From Ignavibacteria bacterium (GTDB lineage: Bacteria; Bacteroidota; Ignavibacteria; Ignavibacteriales; SURF-24): a DNA stretch of 64,000 nucleotides. A model generated the notes under the pieces. The model saw only the letters and a program-made list of their open reading frames with translations. It made no database searches and was not told where the DNA came from. The position numbers and the translations under genes are program-made. The stretch spans positions 183,245 to 247,244 of the forward strand of contig JAAXKN010000003.1 in the NCBI GenBank assembly GCA_025612375.1, in the 5' to 3' direction. Positions 49,054 to 58,122 of this stretch are shown piece by piece (positions within the stretch are counted from its first letter, which is position 1; the number at the start of each line of letters is the position of its first letter).

Positions 49054-50394
49054 TTATTTTGTAAGAAATTTATCTATAAAGCTTGTATCAAATTTACCGC
49101 TTAAAAATCTTTCGTCTTCCAACACCTTCAGGTGGAAGTCGATTGTTGTCCTGACCCCCTCAATTGTAAGCTCCTCCAGGGCCCTTTTGGCTCTTGCAAT
49201 TGCATGTTCCCTGTCTTTTCCCCAGACAATGAGTTTTCCCAGGAGGGAATCGTAATTTGGAGGGATGACATAATCCTGATAAATGTGTGAATCCACCCTG
49301 ACGCCGAATCCGCCCGGGAAATGAAGTGAACTTATTTTTCCCGGTGAAGGCCTGAAGCCGTTTTCAGGATCCTCGGCATTAATTCTGAACTCGATGCTGT
49401 GGCCGTTGGGTTCACCTTTAGGAAGTGTATCGACGCTCAGCCCTGCTGCCACCCTTATCTGCTGGCGGATCAGGTCGACTCCGTTTATCATTTCCGTTAC
49501 AGGGTGTTCCACCTGAATACGGGTATTCATCTCCATGAAATAGAAATTCTTGTGCTTATCCAAAAGGAACTCTATTGTGCCTGCGCCTTCATAGTTAACA
49601 GCCCTGGCGCCTTTAATTGCAGCTTCGCCCATCTTACGCCTAACGTCCTCATCAACTGCAGGAGAAGGAGATTCTTCTATCAGCTTCTGATGCCTTCTCT
49701 GGACCGAGCAGTCGCGTTCCCCATAATGGTAAACGTTTCCAAACTGGTCGCCTAAGATCTGGATTTCGACGTGGCGCGGGTTCTCGACGTATTTTTCAAT
49801 ATAGACCTCTGCATTTCCGAAGGCGCTACCGGCCTCAGCACGGGCGGTCTGAAAGGCTTTTTCAAGTAAGGTCTCGTCGTAGACGATTCTCATACCCTTG
49901 CCGCCTCCGCCTGCCGTAGCTTTTATTATAACTGGGTAGCCGATCTGAGCGGCAACTACTCCCGCCTCCTCAAGTGTCTTAACCAATCCGTCGCTTCCTG
50001 GCACAACAGGCACGCCGACCTTTTTCATTGTGTCCTTTGCATAAGCCTTATCCCCCATGGCCTTGATCATCTCAGGCGAAGGGCCGATAAACTTGATATT
50101 TACTTCCTGGCAGATTTCTGAAAAGTCCGCATTCTCGGCCAAAAATCCGTATCCCGGATGTATGGCGTCGGCGCCGGTAACCTGGGCTGCGGAAATGATG
50201 CGTGAAATATTAAGGTAACTTTCCTTTGCCAGAGCAGGACCGATGCATACGGCCTCGTCGGCAAAGGTTACGTGCAGGCAGTCCCTGTCAGCTTCTGAAT
50301 AAACAGCTACTGTTTTTATACCGAGTTCTTTACAAGTCCTAATTATACGCAGCGCTATTTCACCGCGGTTAGCAATTAAAATCTTCTTGAACAA
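49054..50394 (-). CDS. accC: Acetyl-CoA carboxylase biotin carboxylase subunit
   Basis: 446 aa starting [19 protein letters not shown], with ATP-grasp motifs ([18 protein letters not shown]). Confidence 0.95.
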   Translation of the reverse strand: MFKKILIANRGEIALRIIRTCKELGIKTVAVYSEADRDCLHVTFADEAVCIGPALAKESYLNISRIISAAQVTGADAIHPGYGFLAENADFSEICQEVNIKFIGPSPEMIKAMGDKAYAKDTMKKVGVPVVPGSDGLVKTLEEAGVVAAQIGYPVIIKATAGGGGKGMRIVYDETLLEKAFQTARAEAGSAFGNAEVYIEKYVENPRHVEIQILGDQFGNVYHYGERDCSVQRRHQKLIEESPSPAVDEDVRRKMGEAAIKGARAVNYEGAGTIEFLLDKHKNFYFMEMNTRIQVEHPVTEMINGVDLIRQQIRVAAGLSVDTLPKGEPNGHSIEFRINAEDPENGFRPSPGKISSLHFPGGFGVRVDSHIYQDYVIPPNYDSLLGKLIVWGKDREHAIARAKRALEELTIEGVRTTIDFHLKVLEDERFLSGKFDTSFIDKFLTK

Positions 50395-50423
50395 TTGAAC
50401 CTCAAATTAACATGTAATGGACT

Positions 50424-50894
50424 TTAGACCTCTATTAGGAACAAAGGCTGGTTGTATTCAACAGGCTTGCCATTTTCCACCATGATTTTCACAATTTTAC
50501 CGCTTACATCAGACTCAATTTCATTCATCAGTTTCATGGCTTCAATTATGCACAGAACTTTACCCGGTGCAACTGTATCCCCTACTTTTACAAACGCCTC
50601 GGCATCCGGTGTAGGAGCCCTGTAGAACGTGCCCACTATAGGGGAACGGATTTCATGCTGATTAGAAGGCTCGGCTTCAGCCGTATTTTCCGCCGCCGGG
50701 CTCTCAGGCCTTTGTGCCGGCTGCGCAGGCATTACTGCAGCCGCAGGCTGCATTACAGGTTGTGCAATTATCTGGCCGCCGGAAATTCTTTTGGATATCT
50801 TAATTTTTGTTTCTCCGTCTTCAACAGAGAAATCTGTAATTCCGCTGCTGTCAATCAGTTTAACAAGTTTTTTAATGACCTCTAAATCCATCAT
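50424..50894 (-). CDS. accB: Acetyl-CoA carboxylase biotin carboxyl carrier protein
   Basis: 156 aa with a Pro/Ala-rich linker and the biotinyl-lysine motif [10 protein letters not shown]. Confidence 0.9.
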   Translation of the reverse strand: MMDLEVIKKLVKLIDSSGITDFSVEDGETKIKISKRISGGQIIAQPVMQPAAAVMPAQPAQRPESPAAENTAEAEPSNQHEIRSPIVGTFYRAPTPDAEAFVKVGDTVAPGKVLCIIEAMKLMNEIESDVSGKIVKIMVENGKPVEYNQPLFLIEV

Positions 50895-50905
50895 TCCCTT
50901 TACTT

Positions 50906-51469
50906 TTATTGTTTAACTCTTTCAACGTAAGAACCGGTTCTTGTATCAACCCTGAGGACATCACCTTCGTTAATGAATAAAGGCACGTTTATGCTTGCTC
51001 CGGTTTCGAGCTTTGCCGGTTTGTTTGCGTTTGTAGCCGTATCGCCCCTGAAGCCGGGTTCGGTTTCAATTACCTTCAGGTTAATAAATATAGGGATTTC
51101 AACTGTTACAATGTCATCTCCGTTGAAAAGTATTTCAACTTCTTCGCTTTCCTTTAAGAAGCGGACTCCTTCGTCGAAAAGGTTGGTAGGGATTGTTATC
51201 TGCTCATAGGTCTCATTGTCCATGCATACCAGACCGGCGGGTTCCTTATAGAGGAACTGGTATTTTCTTCTTTCAACTCTTACCACGTCAACCGATTCAC
51301 CGGCTCTGAAAGTATTGTCGAGTACTTTGCCGTTTCTCAAGTTTTTAAGTGTTGTACGTACGAAAGCTCCGCCTTTGCCCGGTTTTACGTGCTGGAACTC
51401 TACGATGGTATAAAGATCATTTTTAAATTTAATGATTAAACCGTTTCTGAAATCTGATGTATCTGCCAT
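50906..51469 (-). CDS. efp: Elongation factor P
   Basis: 187 aa with FRNGLIIKF...[13 protein letters not shown]. It lies upstream of accB-accC, a common synteny. Confidence 0.95.
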   Translation of the reverse strand: MADTSDFRNGLIIKFKNDLYTIVEFQHVKPGKGGAFVRTTLKNLRNGKVLDNTFRAGESVDVVRVERRKYQFLYKEPAGLVCMDNETYEQITIPTNLFDEGVRFLKESEEVEILFNGDDIVTVEIPIFINLKVIETEPGFRGDTATNANKPAKLETGASINVPLFINEGDVLRVDTRTGSYVERVKQ

Positions 51470-51617
51470 AATTTCCTAAAATTATTATTATTGGATAGAA
51501 AAATATAGTTATGAACGCCTATAAAGTCAAGAAATAAGAAGCATTGGCGTTCCATGCAAATGCTGTAATTACAGTTGTTTACGGGAGGAGATAGAAAAAA
51601 AGAGGGCCCCCGTCTAT

Positions 51618-51653
51618 AAAAATAAAAAAGCCGTGATAGTTAACCACGGCTTT
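51618..51653 (-). terminator. Intrinsic terminator after the TPR membrane protein gene
   Basis: Stem aaagccgtg (51627-51635) / cacggcttt (51645-51653) with a 9-nt loop. On the minus strand it is followed by TTTATTTTT. Confidence 0.6.
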
Positions 51654-51670
51654 GAAAACTTTTTGCCTGA

Positions 51671-52357
51671 TTATTTGTCAAGGGCCAGGTACTGTTCGGC
51701 CTCTCTGAGGGCCATTGAGGTCTTGTACTCATCTTTAATTTTATTGAACTGCTCCATGGCTTTATCCTTACTGCCAGCCTTATAGTAGTCAATTCCGGAA
51801 CTGAGCAGGTAATCTGCATTGTTCACGTTTTCCTTGGAAACGTGAGCTGCGTCGCGGAAGGAATCTGCTGCTTTTTCGAGCTGGTTTTTAGCCTCATAAA
51901 AGCTTCCCTTTCCGGCCAAAGCTGTAGCCTTGAACATATCGATGCTGCCGCTGTAGTCGTCATAATACTTAAAAGCTTCGTCGAACTTACCGAGCATATT
52001 GTATGAATTTGCAAGGAATATCTTGGCTGTTTCACCATTTTCGGTGCTGCCGTATTCTTCAACAATTTTCTTTAATCCGATGACGTTCGTGCCGGCCCTG
52101 CCGTCAATTGCTTCCTGATAAGCCCCGGAATCATATAATCCCATAACTCTTGAGAGCTCTACGTTGGCTTTTTCATTGTTGGCTGCCTTATTGCTTAAGT
52201 ACCAGTAAACTCCGGCAACAACAACAACGAGTGCAATTGCATAGATGTAGACCTGTGACTTGTACTGGTCGAAAAATTTCACTGCCTGATAGTAAGAAGT
52301 TACAAGCCTATCTTCTTTTATCTCCTTTTTGGAAATATGTTTCCTTTTTGTTAGCAC
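51671..52357 (-). CDS. Membrane-anchored TPR-like protein (YfgM-like architecture)
   Basis: 228 aa with a basic N-terminus, one TM helix (VYIYAIALVVVVAGVYWYL), then TPR-like helical repeats. Confidence 0.5.
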   Translation of the reverse strand: MLTKRKHISKKEIKEDRLVTSYYQAVKFFDQYKSQVYIYAIALVVVVAGVYWYLSNKAANNEKANVELSRVMGLYDSGAYQEAIDGRAGTNVIGLKKIVEEYGSTENGETAKIFLANSYNMLGKFDEAFKYYDDYSGSIDMFKATALAGKGSFYEAKNQLEKAADSFRDAAHVSKENVNNADYLLSSGIDYYKAGSKDKAMEQFNKIKDEYKTSMALREAEQYLALDK

Positions 52358-52430
52358 TTTTCATCTCCCGATTAAAAATATAAAATAAACTCTTCACAAA
52401 GTATTCAGGGCTTTCTGTGTCCTGAATTTG

Positions 52431-52504
52431 TACGCCCAGGAGGAATCGAACCCCCAACCTTCGGAACCGGAATCCGACGTTCTATCCAGTTGAACTATGG
52501 GCGC
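52431..52504 (-). tRNA. tRNA-Arg (anticodon CCG)
   Basis: I folded the 74-nt sequence by hand. Acceptor GCGCCCA/TGGGCGT, D-arm GTTC-AACTGGATA-GAAC, anticodon arm TCGGA-TTCCGGT-TCCGA (CCG at positions 34-36, G37), variable loop AGGTT, T-arm GGGGG-TTCGATT-CCTCC, discriminator A. No CCA is encoded. Confidence 0.9.
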
Positions 52505-52578
52505 ATACCTGAAGTAAAATACAAAAATTTATTCAGCAAAGCTTCATCAAAATAAAATTTATCTATAGTCTGCCGGAA

Positions 52579-53625
52579 CTACCTGATCCTTATATGATTC
52601 GAGAAAATCCAGGCTTTCTTCTCCAGATAAACTTCCACCCTGTAGGCTCCCGGTTCTGCAATATGGAACTCGGCATCAATATTTTCCACCCTGTCGTATA
52701 CTATGCCGTTTTTAATGAGCCTTATCTCCCCGCTCATATTCGGCAGTAATACCCTGAGCCTCGTGTTATTGCGGAGGGGAACTTCCTCTCCCATCTGGAA
52801 AATTCTGTTTTCCGACTCGGCAAAGAATCTGAAGCCCGAGGCATCAGCATGATAATAATTTGCAACGAAGCATCTACCGGCTCTGAGAGCCTCATAAATA
52901 ACATTTCTGGCTTTCAGCACCGATTCCGGTGTGCCATCATTTTCTATTTTCTCATATGCTAAAATATGAGTTCTGATCGATTTGAACAACACTTTATAGG
53001 GGAAAACTTCAACCTCAAAGAAGCCCAGGAGGTTAACCTTATGTGCATGCGCATCAACGCCTCCAATGCCCACTACCCTTCTTTGTGTGTTCAGATGGTC
53101 CCACAGCTCTAAAGTCTCAGACTGCGGGGCAACAATGGAACGCAAGGGATGCATGAACCACTGGTATTTGTTTTCCTCCGTCAGGCCCTCCATCCATTCC
53201 GACATATGATTCCAGATCTCGATGCCGGTAAAATCCTCCGTATCCCATTCAGTCCAGGGATAAGGGGGATGCTCTTTCATGGAAGTCCTCTTTTCGTGCG
53301 GATGGGCAATAAAGCCGATGCCCCCGGCGTCCTTAACTTTCCGCACTATTTCCCTGGCCGGGAGCCTTGTTGAGAAGGTCTCCGAGATATTAAAAGCCAG
53401 GTAGTGGTTTTTATTCTCCTTATCGTTAATCTCACATCCGGCTAAAAGCAGCGTTCTGCCGTACCACTTTTCATATCCCTCTTTAAGAGCTCTAAGAGTA
53501 TTATGATCCGTCAGAATTATGAAATCCAGACCCGCCTCGTCAGCCAAAGCAGCAATCTGGGCTACTTCGCCCGAACCGTCTGAGAAAACCGAATGGATAT
53601 GTATTGCTCCAACGTATTCGACCAT
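52579..53625 (-). CDS. PHP-domain metallohydrolase (CehA/McbA-like)
   Basis: 348 aa with PHP motifs HIHSVFSDGSG, IILTDHN, GFIAHPH and GGVDAH. Confidence 0.7.
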   Translation of the reverse strand: MVEYVGAIHIHSVFSDGSGEVAQIAALADEAGLDFIILTDHNTLRALKEGYEKWYGRTLLLAGCEINDKENKNHYLAFNISETFSTRLPAREIVRKVKDAGGIGFIAHPHEKRTSMKEHPPYPWTEWDTEDFTGIEIWNHMSEWMEGLTEENKYQWFMHPLRSIVAPQSETLELWDHLNTQRRVVGIGGVDAHAHKVNLLGFFEVEVFPYKVLFKSIRTHILAYEKIENDGTPESVLKARNVIYEALRAGRCFVANYYHADASGFRFFAESENRIFQMGEEVPLRNNTRLRVLLPNMSGEIRLIKNGIVYDRVENIDAEFHIAEPGAYRVEVYLEKKAWIFSNHIRIR

Positions 53626-53724
53626 AAGTCTAAATTTTGGCTGTTAAATATAGATATAATTCCAATTAGAGAAAAGAAGGAAATTTTGTCATTAAAGCCC
53701 CTTTTAGTGCATAAATAAGGAGCT

Positions 53725-54312
53725 TTATTTTGCCCCGGTCATCTGTATGGCTTCCTGTGCCATGGTCGAAAACTCGGTATTCGGATAGTTTTTAACTATA
53801 TCCTGCCAGATGCTCTTAGCTTTTTGGACGTCGCCCCTGCTTGAGGCAATTGCGCCCAGGTTATATTTTGCCTGAACGTTGTTCTTGTCGTAAGCAAGAA
53901 CGCTGTTAACCAGTTCTTCAGCTTTATTGTAATCACCCCGGTTATAATAAACAAGTCCTAGTGAAAACCTTATATCTGTTCTTTTTGGGCCTTTTTTCAG
54001 AATATTTTCATAGATAGGTATTGCCACTTCAGGCTTGTGGGCTGCCGCCAGAAACTCTGCATATTCTCTTGCCCTTAGCGTATCGCCGGGATTTTTTTCA
54101 TAATTGCTCTTTAAGGCTGCCATTTTCTGCTTTATGTCCTCGCTTAAGTCTGCCGATGAGGGCCCCTTTCCGCCCTGCAGCCCCTGATGGACCTCATCCT
54201 GAGGCATCTGGGAGCTCTTTTCAGATTTGTTACCTGAGGTTGAAAATATAATCAGAAACACAACGGCTGCAGCAATTACGCCTATATAAATATAAAGCGG
54301 CTTAATTTTCAT
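53725..54312 (-). CDS. Membrane-anchored tetratricopeptide repeat protein
   Basis: 195 aa with an N-terminal TM helix (LYIYIGVIAAAVVFLIIF) and about 3 TPR units (LGLVYYNRGDYNKAEELVNSVLAYDKNN...). Confidence 0.6.
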   Translation of the reverse strand: MKIKPLYIYIGVIAAAVVFLIIFSTSGNKSEKSSQMPQDEVHQGLQGGKGPSSADLSEDIKQKMAALKSNYEKNPGDTLRAREYAEFLAAAHKPEVAIPIYENILKKGPKRTDIRFSLGLVYYNRGDYNKAEELVNSVLAYDKNNVQAKYNLGAIASSRGDVQKAKSIWQDIVKNYPNTEFSTMAQEAIQMTGAK

Positions 54313-54565
54313 TTACGACTCCTTAAGACTTTTCAAAACTTATTCAAAACTTAATAAAATATGTCTCCTCTTTTCAAAAAGAGGGATAAAAAACAATTTA
54401 ATCAGTCAGGCTAATTTAAGCAATATTATGAAGTCTTAAAATGGAATTTTCTTCACGTAAAAAGCCCTTTGGAGCAAAAAAAAGGTCACTGCCTCAAAGA
54501 GAAATGACCTAAAAAAGATTCAAAAAAAACAAAGGTTCCTTTTCAAAAAACTGCCTACGGGCAAT

Positions 54566-54868
54566 TTAGTCCAGGACCTCATACATTGTAGTATATTTTG
54601 TAGAATTTTCCTTAATAAGGTCTGAGAGCTTTGACATCAGTATGTCGATTCTTTCATTCTGGTTGTCGTCAAAAGCCTCATAGGCCTCATCGCTTTCAAA
54701 AGTATAAACTTCTTCAAAACTGTTCTGTTTATTTTTCTTCTCATAAATTGAATAGCTAAGCAGTCCATTGCTTGCAACAAGTGTTTTCAATTCGCGCATT
54801 ATATTAAAATATTCATCTCTCTTGGTTGGTACCACGTCATATTGAATTGAAAAGATAACTTTAGCCAT
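54566..54868 (-). CDS. Small hypothetical protein (possibly a dimeric alpha/beta-barrel, ABM-like)
   Basis: 100-aa ORF 13 nt downstream of dapF on the same strand. The beta-alpha-beta-like pattern (VIFSIQYDV...EYFNIMRELKTLV...YSIYEK) is only suggestive. Confidence 0.45.
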   Translation of the reverse strand: MAKVIFSIQYDVVPTKRDEYFNIMRELKTLVASNGLLSYSIYEKKNKQNSFEEVYTFESDEAYEAFDDNQNERIDILMSKLSDLIKENSTKYTTMYEVLD

Positions 54869-54880
54869 AATTTCTCCATT

Positions 54881-55744
54881 TTAAAAATATAGGTTTTTGT
54901 AAAATTCTCCGGTAAAAGTAATTACAGCCGGACCGCTCAGGGACAGATCCCTTATATTTTCTCCATCAGCCTTAAACTCTACCTTTAACTCGTCGCCCCC
55001 TTTTGTAATAAGGGTAATTGGAGACTTCAGTTCTCCCTTAAAGTAGCACACAAGGGCCGAAGCAACCGAGCCTGTTCCGCAGGCCCATGTTTCATCTTCA
55101 ACTCCTCTTTCATATGTGCGTATAAAAACTTTGCCTTCAGAAATTTTAATAAAATTAACGTTTGTTCCCGCAGGGGCAAAGTCATTTAAGTATCTAATCT
55201 GCCTGCCTAAATCAAATACCGGGAATTCGTTCAAATCCCAGTAAACTTCTTTTGAACTTCCGGGCTTTAAGACAGCTTCAGCTTTTACAACAACGTGGGG
55301 TGAGCCGGTGTTGATGTAGGAAGCCTTGATGTGCTGCCCCGATGCCATGAGGCTCATTTCAGGCCTGTAATCTTTTGGCAGGCCGAAATTAAATTTAACA
55401 TAGTCAGGCCTTAAGATCTCTCCGCTATAAGTTTCCCCGTTTGAAACAAACCTTGCTCTTTGTGAAGGTATTCTGCCGCTGAAGTCCGCATACCGCAGGG
55501 CACACCTGGCGCCATTGCCGCATAAGGTACCCGTTGAACCATCGGAATTATAATACTCCATACTGAAATTATAGCCTTCAGCATCATCAATTACAAGAAC
55601 ACCATCAGCACCTATACCCGTCCTCCTGGAGCACATTTTCAGTATAGCTTCAGAAGTCAAAGCCAGTTCAGGGGCCGTTTTTTTATCAAAAAGAATAAAA
55701 TCGTTGCCGGCCCCGCTCATCTTTACAAAGGAAACTTTTTTCAT
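54881..55744 (-). CDS. dapF: Diaminopimelate epimerase
   Basis: 287 aa with FVKMSGAGNDF and the catalytic Cys motifs LCGNGARC and ACGTGS. Confidence 0.9.
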   Translation of the reverse strand: MKKVSFVKMSGAGNDFILFDKKTAPELALTSEAILKMCSRRTGIGADGVLVIDDAEGYNFSMEYYNSDGSTGTLCGNGARCALRYADFSGRIPSQRARFVSNGETYSGEILRPDYVKFNFGLPKDYRPEMSLMASGQHIKASYINTGSPHVVVKAEAVLKPGSSKEVYWDLNEFPVFDLGRQIRYLNDFAPAGTNVNFIKISEGKVFIRTYERGVEDETWACGTGSVASALVCYFKGELKSPITLITKGGDELKVEFKADGENIRDLSLSGPAVITFTGEFYKNLYF

Positions 55745-56007
55745 AGCACATCTAATTTAATGGAATAAATAGTCCTTTGCAATAAGTATTTTAGTTTTTT
55801 TGCCGCACTTTGGCCCATACCAGCCTGCCTTTTCTTACAATAAAGGGCACCGGATTTGGGATTGCCGCCCTTGTAAATTTTCCTTTATTTGGGACTAAAA
55901 TTTTTTATACTTATTAATTTAAGTTGTGTCTTCTTCCCGCAAATTTAAAGGGCAATAATGAGTGCGGGAGCCTAACCTTCCATTTTTTTATCATAATAAG
56001 AGAGGAT

Positions 56008-56454
56008 ATGAACACCAGTACGATAAGAATAATGATGATTGAAGATAATCTTGGCGATGCCATGCTCATCGGCGAGATGCTTAAGGAGGCCAAAAACAGA
56101 AGGTACTTGCTTCAGCACAATCTTCAGCTCTCAACGGCATTTGAATGCATTGATCATAAAAGCTTCGACATAATACTTCTGGATCTTGGGCTACCGGACA
56201 GCACGGGGCTCGGTACACTTAAGAAAGTGCTTGAAAAGGCTCCTTCTATTCCTGTAGTCATTATGACGGGCCTTGACGACGAGGATCTCGGTTTTGAAGC
56301 CGTTAAAATGGGCGCGCAGGATTACCTCATTAAAGGACAGATCGATACGAGCCTTCTCTTCAGGACTATACGCTACTCCATTGAACGGAAGAACATTGAA
56401 AAAGCCTTAAAAGAAGCCTACCCGGCAGAAATTAAAAAAGCGCTCAGTTTATAG
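56008..56454 (+). CDS. Single-domain response regulator (receiver only)
   Basis: I place the start at ATG 56008 (MNTSTIRIMMIEDN). Receiver motifs are DIILLDLGLPD, VVIMTG and DYLIKG. The ORF-track TTG start at 55924 adds an implausible 28 aa. Confidence 0.8.
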   Translation: MNTSTIRIMMIEDNLGDAMLIGEMLKEAKNRRYLLQHNLQLSTAFECIDHKSFDIILLDLGLPDSTGLGTLKKVLEKAPSIPVVIMTGLDDEDLGFEAVKMGAQDYLIKGQIDTSLLFRTIRYSIERKNIEKALKEAYPAEIKKALSL

Positions 56455-56471
56455 CCTGAGCGCTTTTTTTT
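56434..56471. terminator. Bidirectional intrinsic terminator between convergent genes
   Basis: aaaaaagcgctcag (56434-56447) pairs with ctgagcgctttttt (56456-56469). The 8-nt loop contains the response-regulator stop codon. A and T runs are present on both sides. Confidence 0.7.
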
Positions 56472-56490
56472 GTAATTATTTCAAAGAAAA

Positions 56491-57855
56491 CTACATCCCG
56501 AAAGGATAAACAAAAGAAACCCTCGGCTCAATTTTCTTCTGCGGAACAAAATCAACCACGTTGCTATTTGCTTCCCTTACAGGACTGAAAGTCCAGTTGT
56601 AAACCAGTGAAACGAGCATAAAAGGAATCGGTTTATAGCCTACCTCGGCATAGAGGTACGAGCGGTCGTCAAGCCTGAAAAGGTCCCTTTCGCCTTCAAT
56701 ATTTATTTTGTCATAACCTGCTCTAGCAACATAGGAGCCGTCTTTAGGAGAGATGTCCGTTACAAGGTGAAGGATTCCGCTTTTCGGGTCTTTATCCAGC
56801 CTCTGGTAGCTTCCAAGTATGTCAAATGCGTTAAACACCCTTACGAGCAGTTCGCCATAGTAGCCGTTACCCGGATCTGTAAGGTTCTGAAGCCTTGCGG
56901 CCTTGCTGATATAGCCGTCTTTACTCTCGGCAGTATTCCCGTTTTTGTCGACCATAAAACGTTCAATCTCGTAAAGAGAGTTGAAGTATGAAGGGAGGTA
57001 GTTATCACCATTAAACCTTCTTTCCAGTTTGGCCTGTGCCGAGACGATCCCGAGCCCGTGCAGGTCGAGTTTTAAGCCTAAGGAAGTACCATGGCCGAAG
57101 TTTACAATTTTAGCGTAATCGAAGTATGGGGTAGCTGTAAACATGTCTGTTATGTGAATCGGCAGGCCTAAATCAAAACCCACAATTTTAGTTCTTCCCA
57201 TATCTTCAAGAACATCAAGCTGTTTAGTGCTGTCGTTAAAAGCAGCCTTTGTCACGCCTGAATATTTATTGAAGTCCTCGGCAAACGAGGCGCCAATTTC
57301 AAGATTGCTTATAACGGGGACCTCTGCAAGAGAGGTGAATTTAAGGGGTCTTACGTAGCCTCTCATGCCTGTTACGCCGGCCTGGCCGAAATTGCCGTAT
57401 ACGGTTTCAAAGCCGAACTGATCGAAATCCATATCCAGCTCAAGGCCGACTTTACGGACGTCGAAGCTGGGGCTGTTGTTATACATATAAATAATGCTTC
57501 CATGCCCCAGTGAGGCATAATCCAGAGCACCGAGCCTTCCGTAGAGGGCATCGCCCTTATAGCCGTATCTGACATAACGGATTACGGAGAGGTAATCAGA
57601 AAATTCGTTGAAGTTTTCTTTGCGCATTTTCCCCTGAGTATCGAAGTCGAGATTAAGGTCGAGCCCCAGGCCCCAGTTGGCAAAGGAGACCTCCGGCCTG
57701 AAATGCAGTGTATAGTAAGGTTTACCATCGATCCAGGTCATTCCCATGCCGCCCTGAAGGCCGCCCTGGTTAGCGCCGGGATATAAAGAAGTGTACTGAG
57801 CTTTCGTAACCTGAAGAAAGGAAAGAATAAAAATAATGATAAATAGCTTTTTCAT
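56491..57855 (-). CDS. Uncharacterised outer-membrane beta-barrel protein
   Basis: 454 aa with signal peptide MKKLFIIIFILSFLQVTKAQ, alternating beta-strand pattern and a hydrophobic, aromatic-containing C-terminal strand (VSFVYPFGM). Confidence 0.5.
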   Translation of the reverse strand: MKKLFIIIFILSFLQVTKAQYTSLYPGANQGGLQGGMGMTWIDGKPYYTLHFRPEVSFANWGLGLDLNLDFDTQGKMRKENFNEFSDYLSVIRYVRYGYKGDALYGRLGALDYASLGHGSIIYMYNNSPSFDVRKVGLELDMDFDQFGFETVYGNFGQAGVTGMRGYVRPLKFTSLAEVPVISNLEIGASFAEDFNKYSGVTKAAFNDSTKQLDVLEDMGRTKIVGFDLGLPIHITDMFTATPYFDYAKIVNFGHGTSLGLKLDLHGLGIVSAQAKLERRFNGDNYLPSYFNSLYEIERFMVDKNGNTAESKDGYISKAARLQNLTDPGNGYYGELLVRVFNAFDILGSYQRLDKDPKSGILHLVTDISPKDGSYVARAGYDKINIEGERDLFRLDDRSYLYAEVGYKPIPFMLVSLVYNWTFSPVREANSNVVDFVPQKKIEPRVSFVYPFGM

Positions 57856-58122
57856 TTAACTCCTCAAATTGTATCATGTCCTAAAACTCTATTATCGGCA
57901 GAGAGGACATTAAATTAACACCGTTTTTTTACCCTTTAGGGGTGTAAATATAAGAATAAGTTCAGAATTGAGCCATATGAAACAGGAAGGTGGTATGACG
58001 AAATATCGAAGGTTCAGATTTTCTTCAAATCAGGGGTAAAATAATGTCTTTTTTATTCTAATGGCAGGCGATATAGCCGGAATAATTTAATTCAAAGTGA
58101 ACTTTCTTTCACATGGGCTGAA

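Noticed and set aside
52357-52579. tRNA-Arg locus as a possible genomic-island integration site.
   Set aside because: I saw no integrase, no phage or mobile genes on either side, no duplicated tRNA 3' segment and no compositional shift. The flanking genes look like ordinary core or envelope genes.
55935-55989. Hairpin tcccgca/tgcggga (21-nt loop) followed by T7 in the leader of the orphan receiver gene, considered as an attenuator.
   Set aside because: The stem is only 7 bp with a large loop, and the T run starts 13 nt after the stem. It does not fit an intrinsic terminator. There is no evidence for an alternative anti-terminator structure.
55924-56007. N-terminal 28-aa extension of the receiver-only response regulator from a TTG start (MCLLPANLKGNNECGSLTFHFFIIIRED).
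   Set aside because: The receiver domain begins right at the ATG at 56008 (MNTSTIRIMMIEDN). The extension is not receiver-like and overlaps a hairpin and T-run region.
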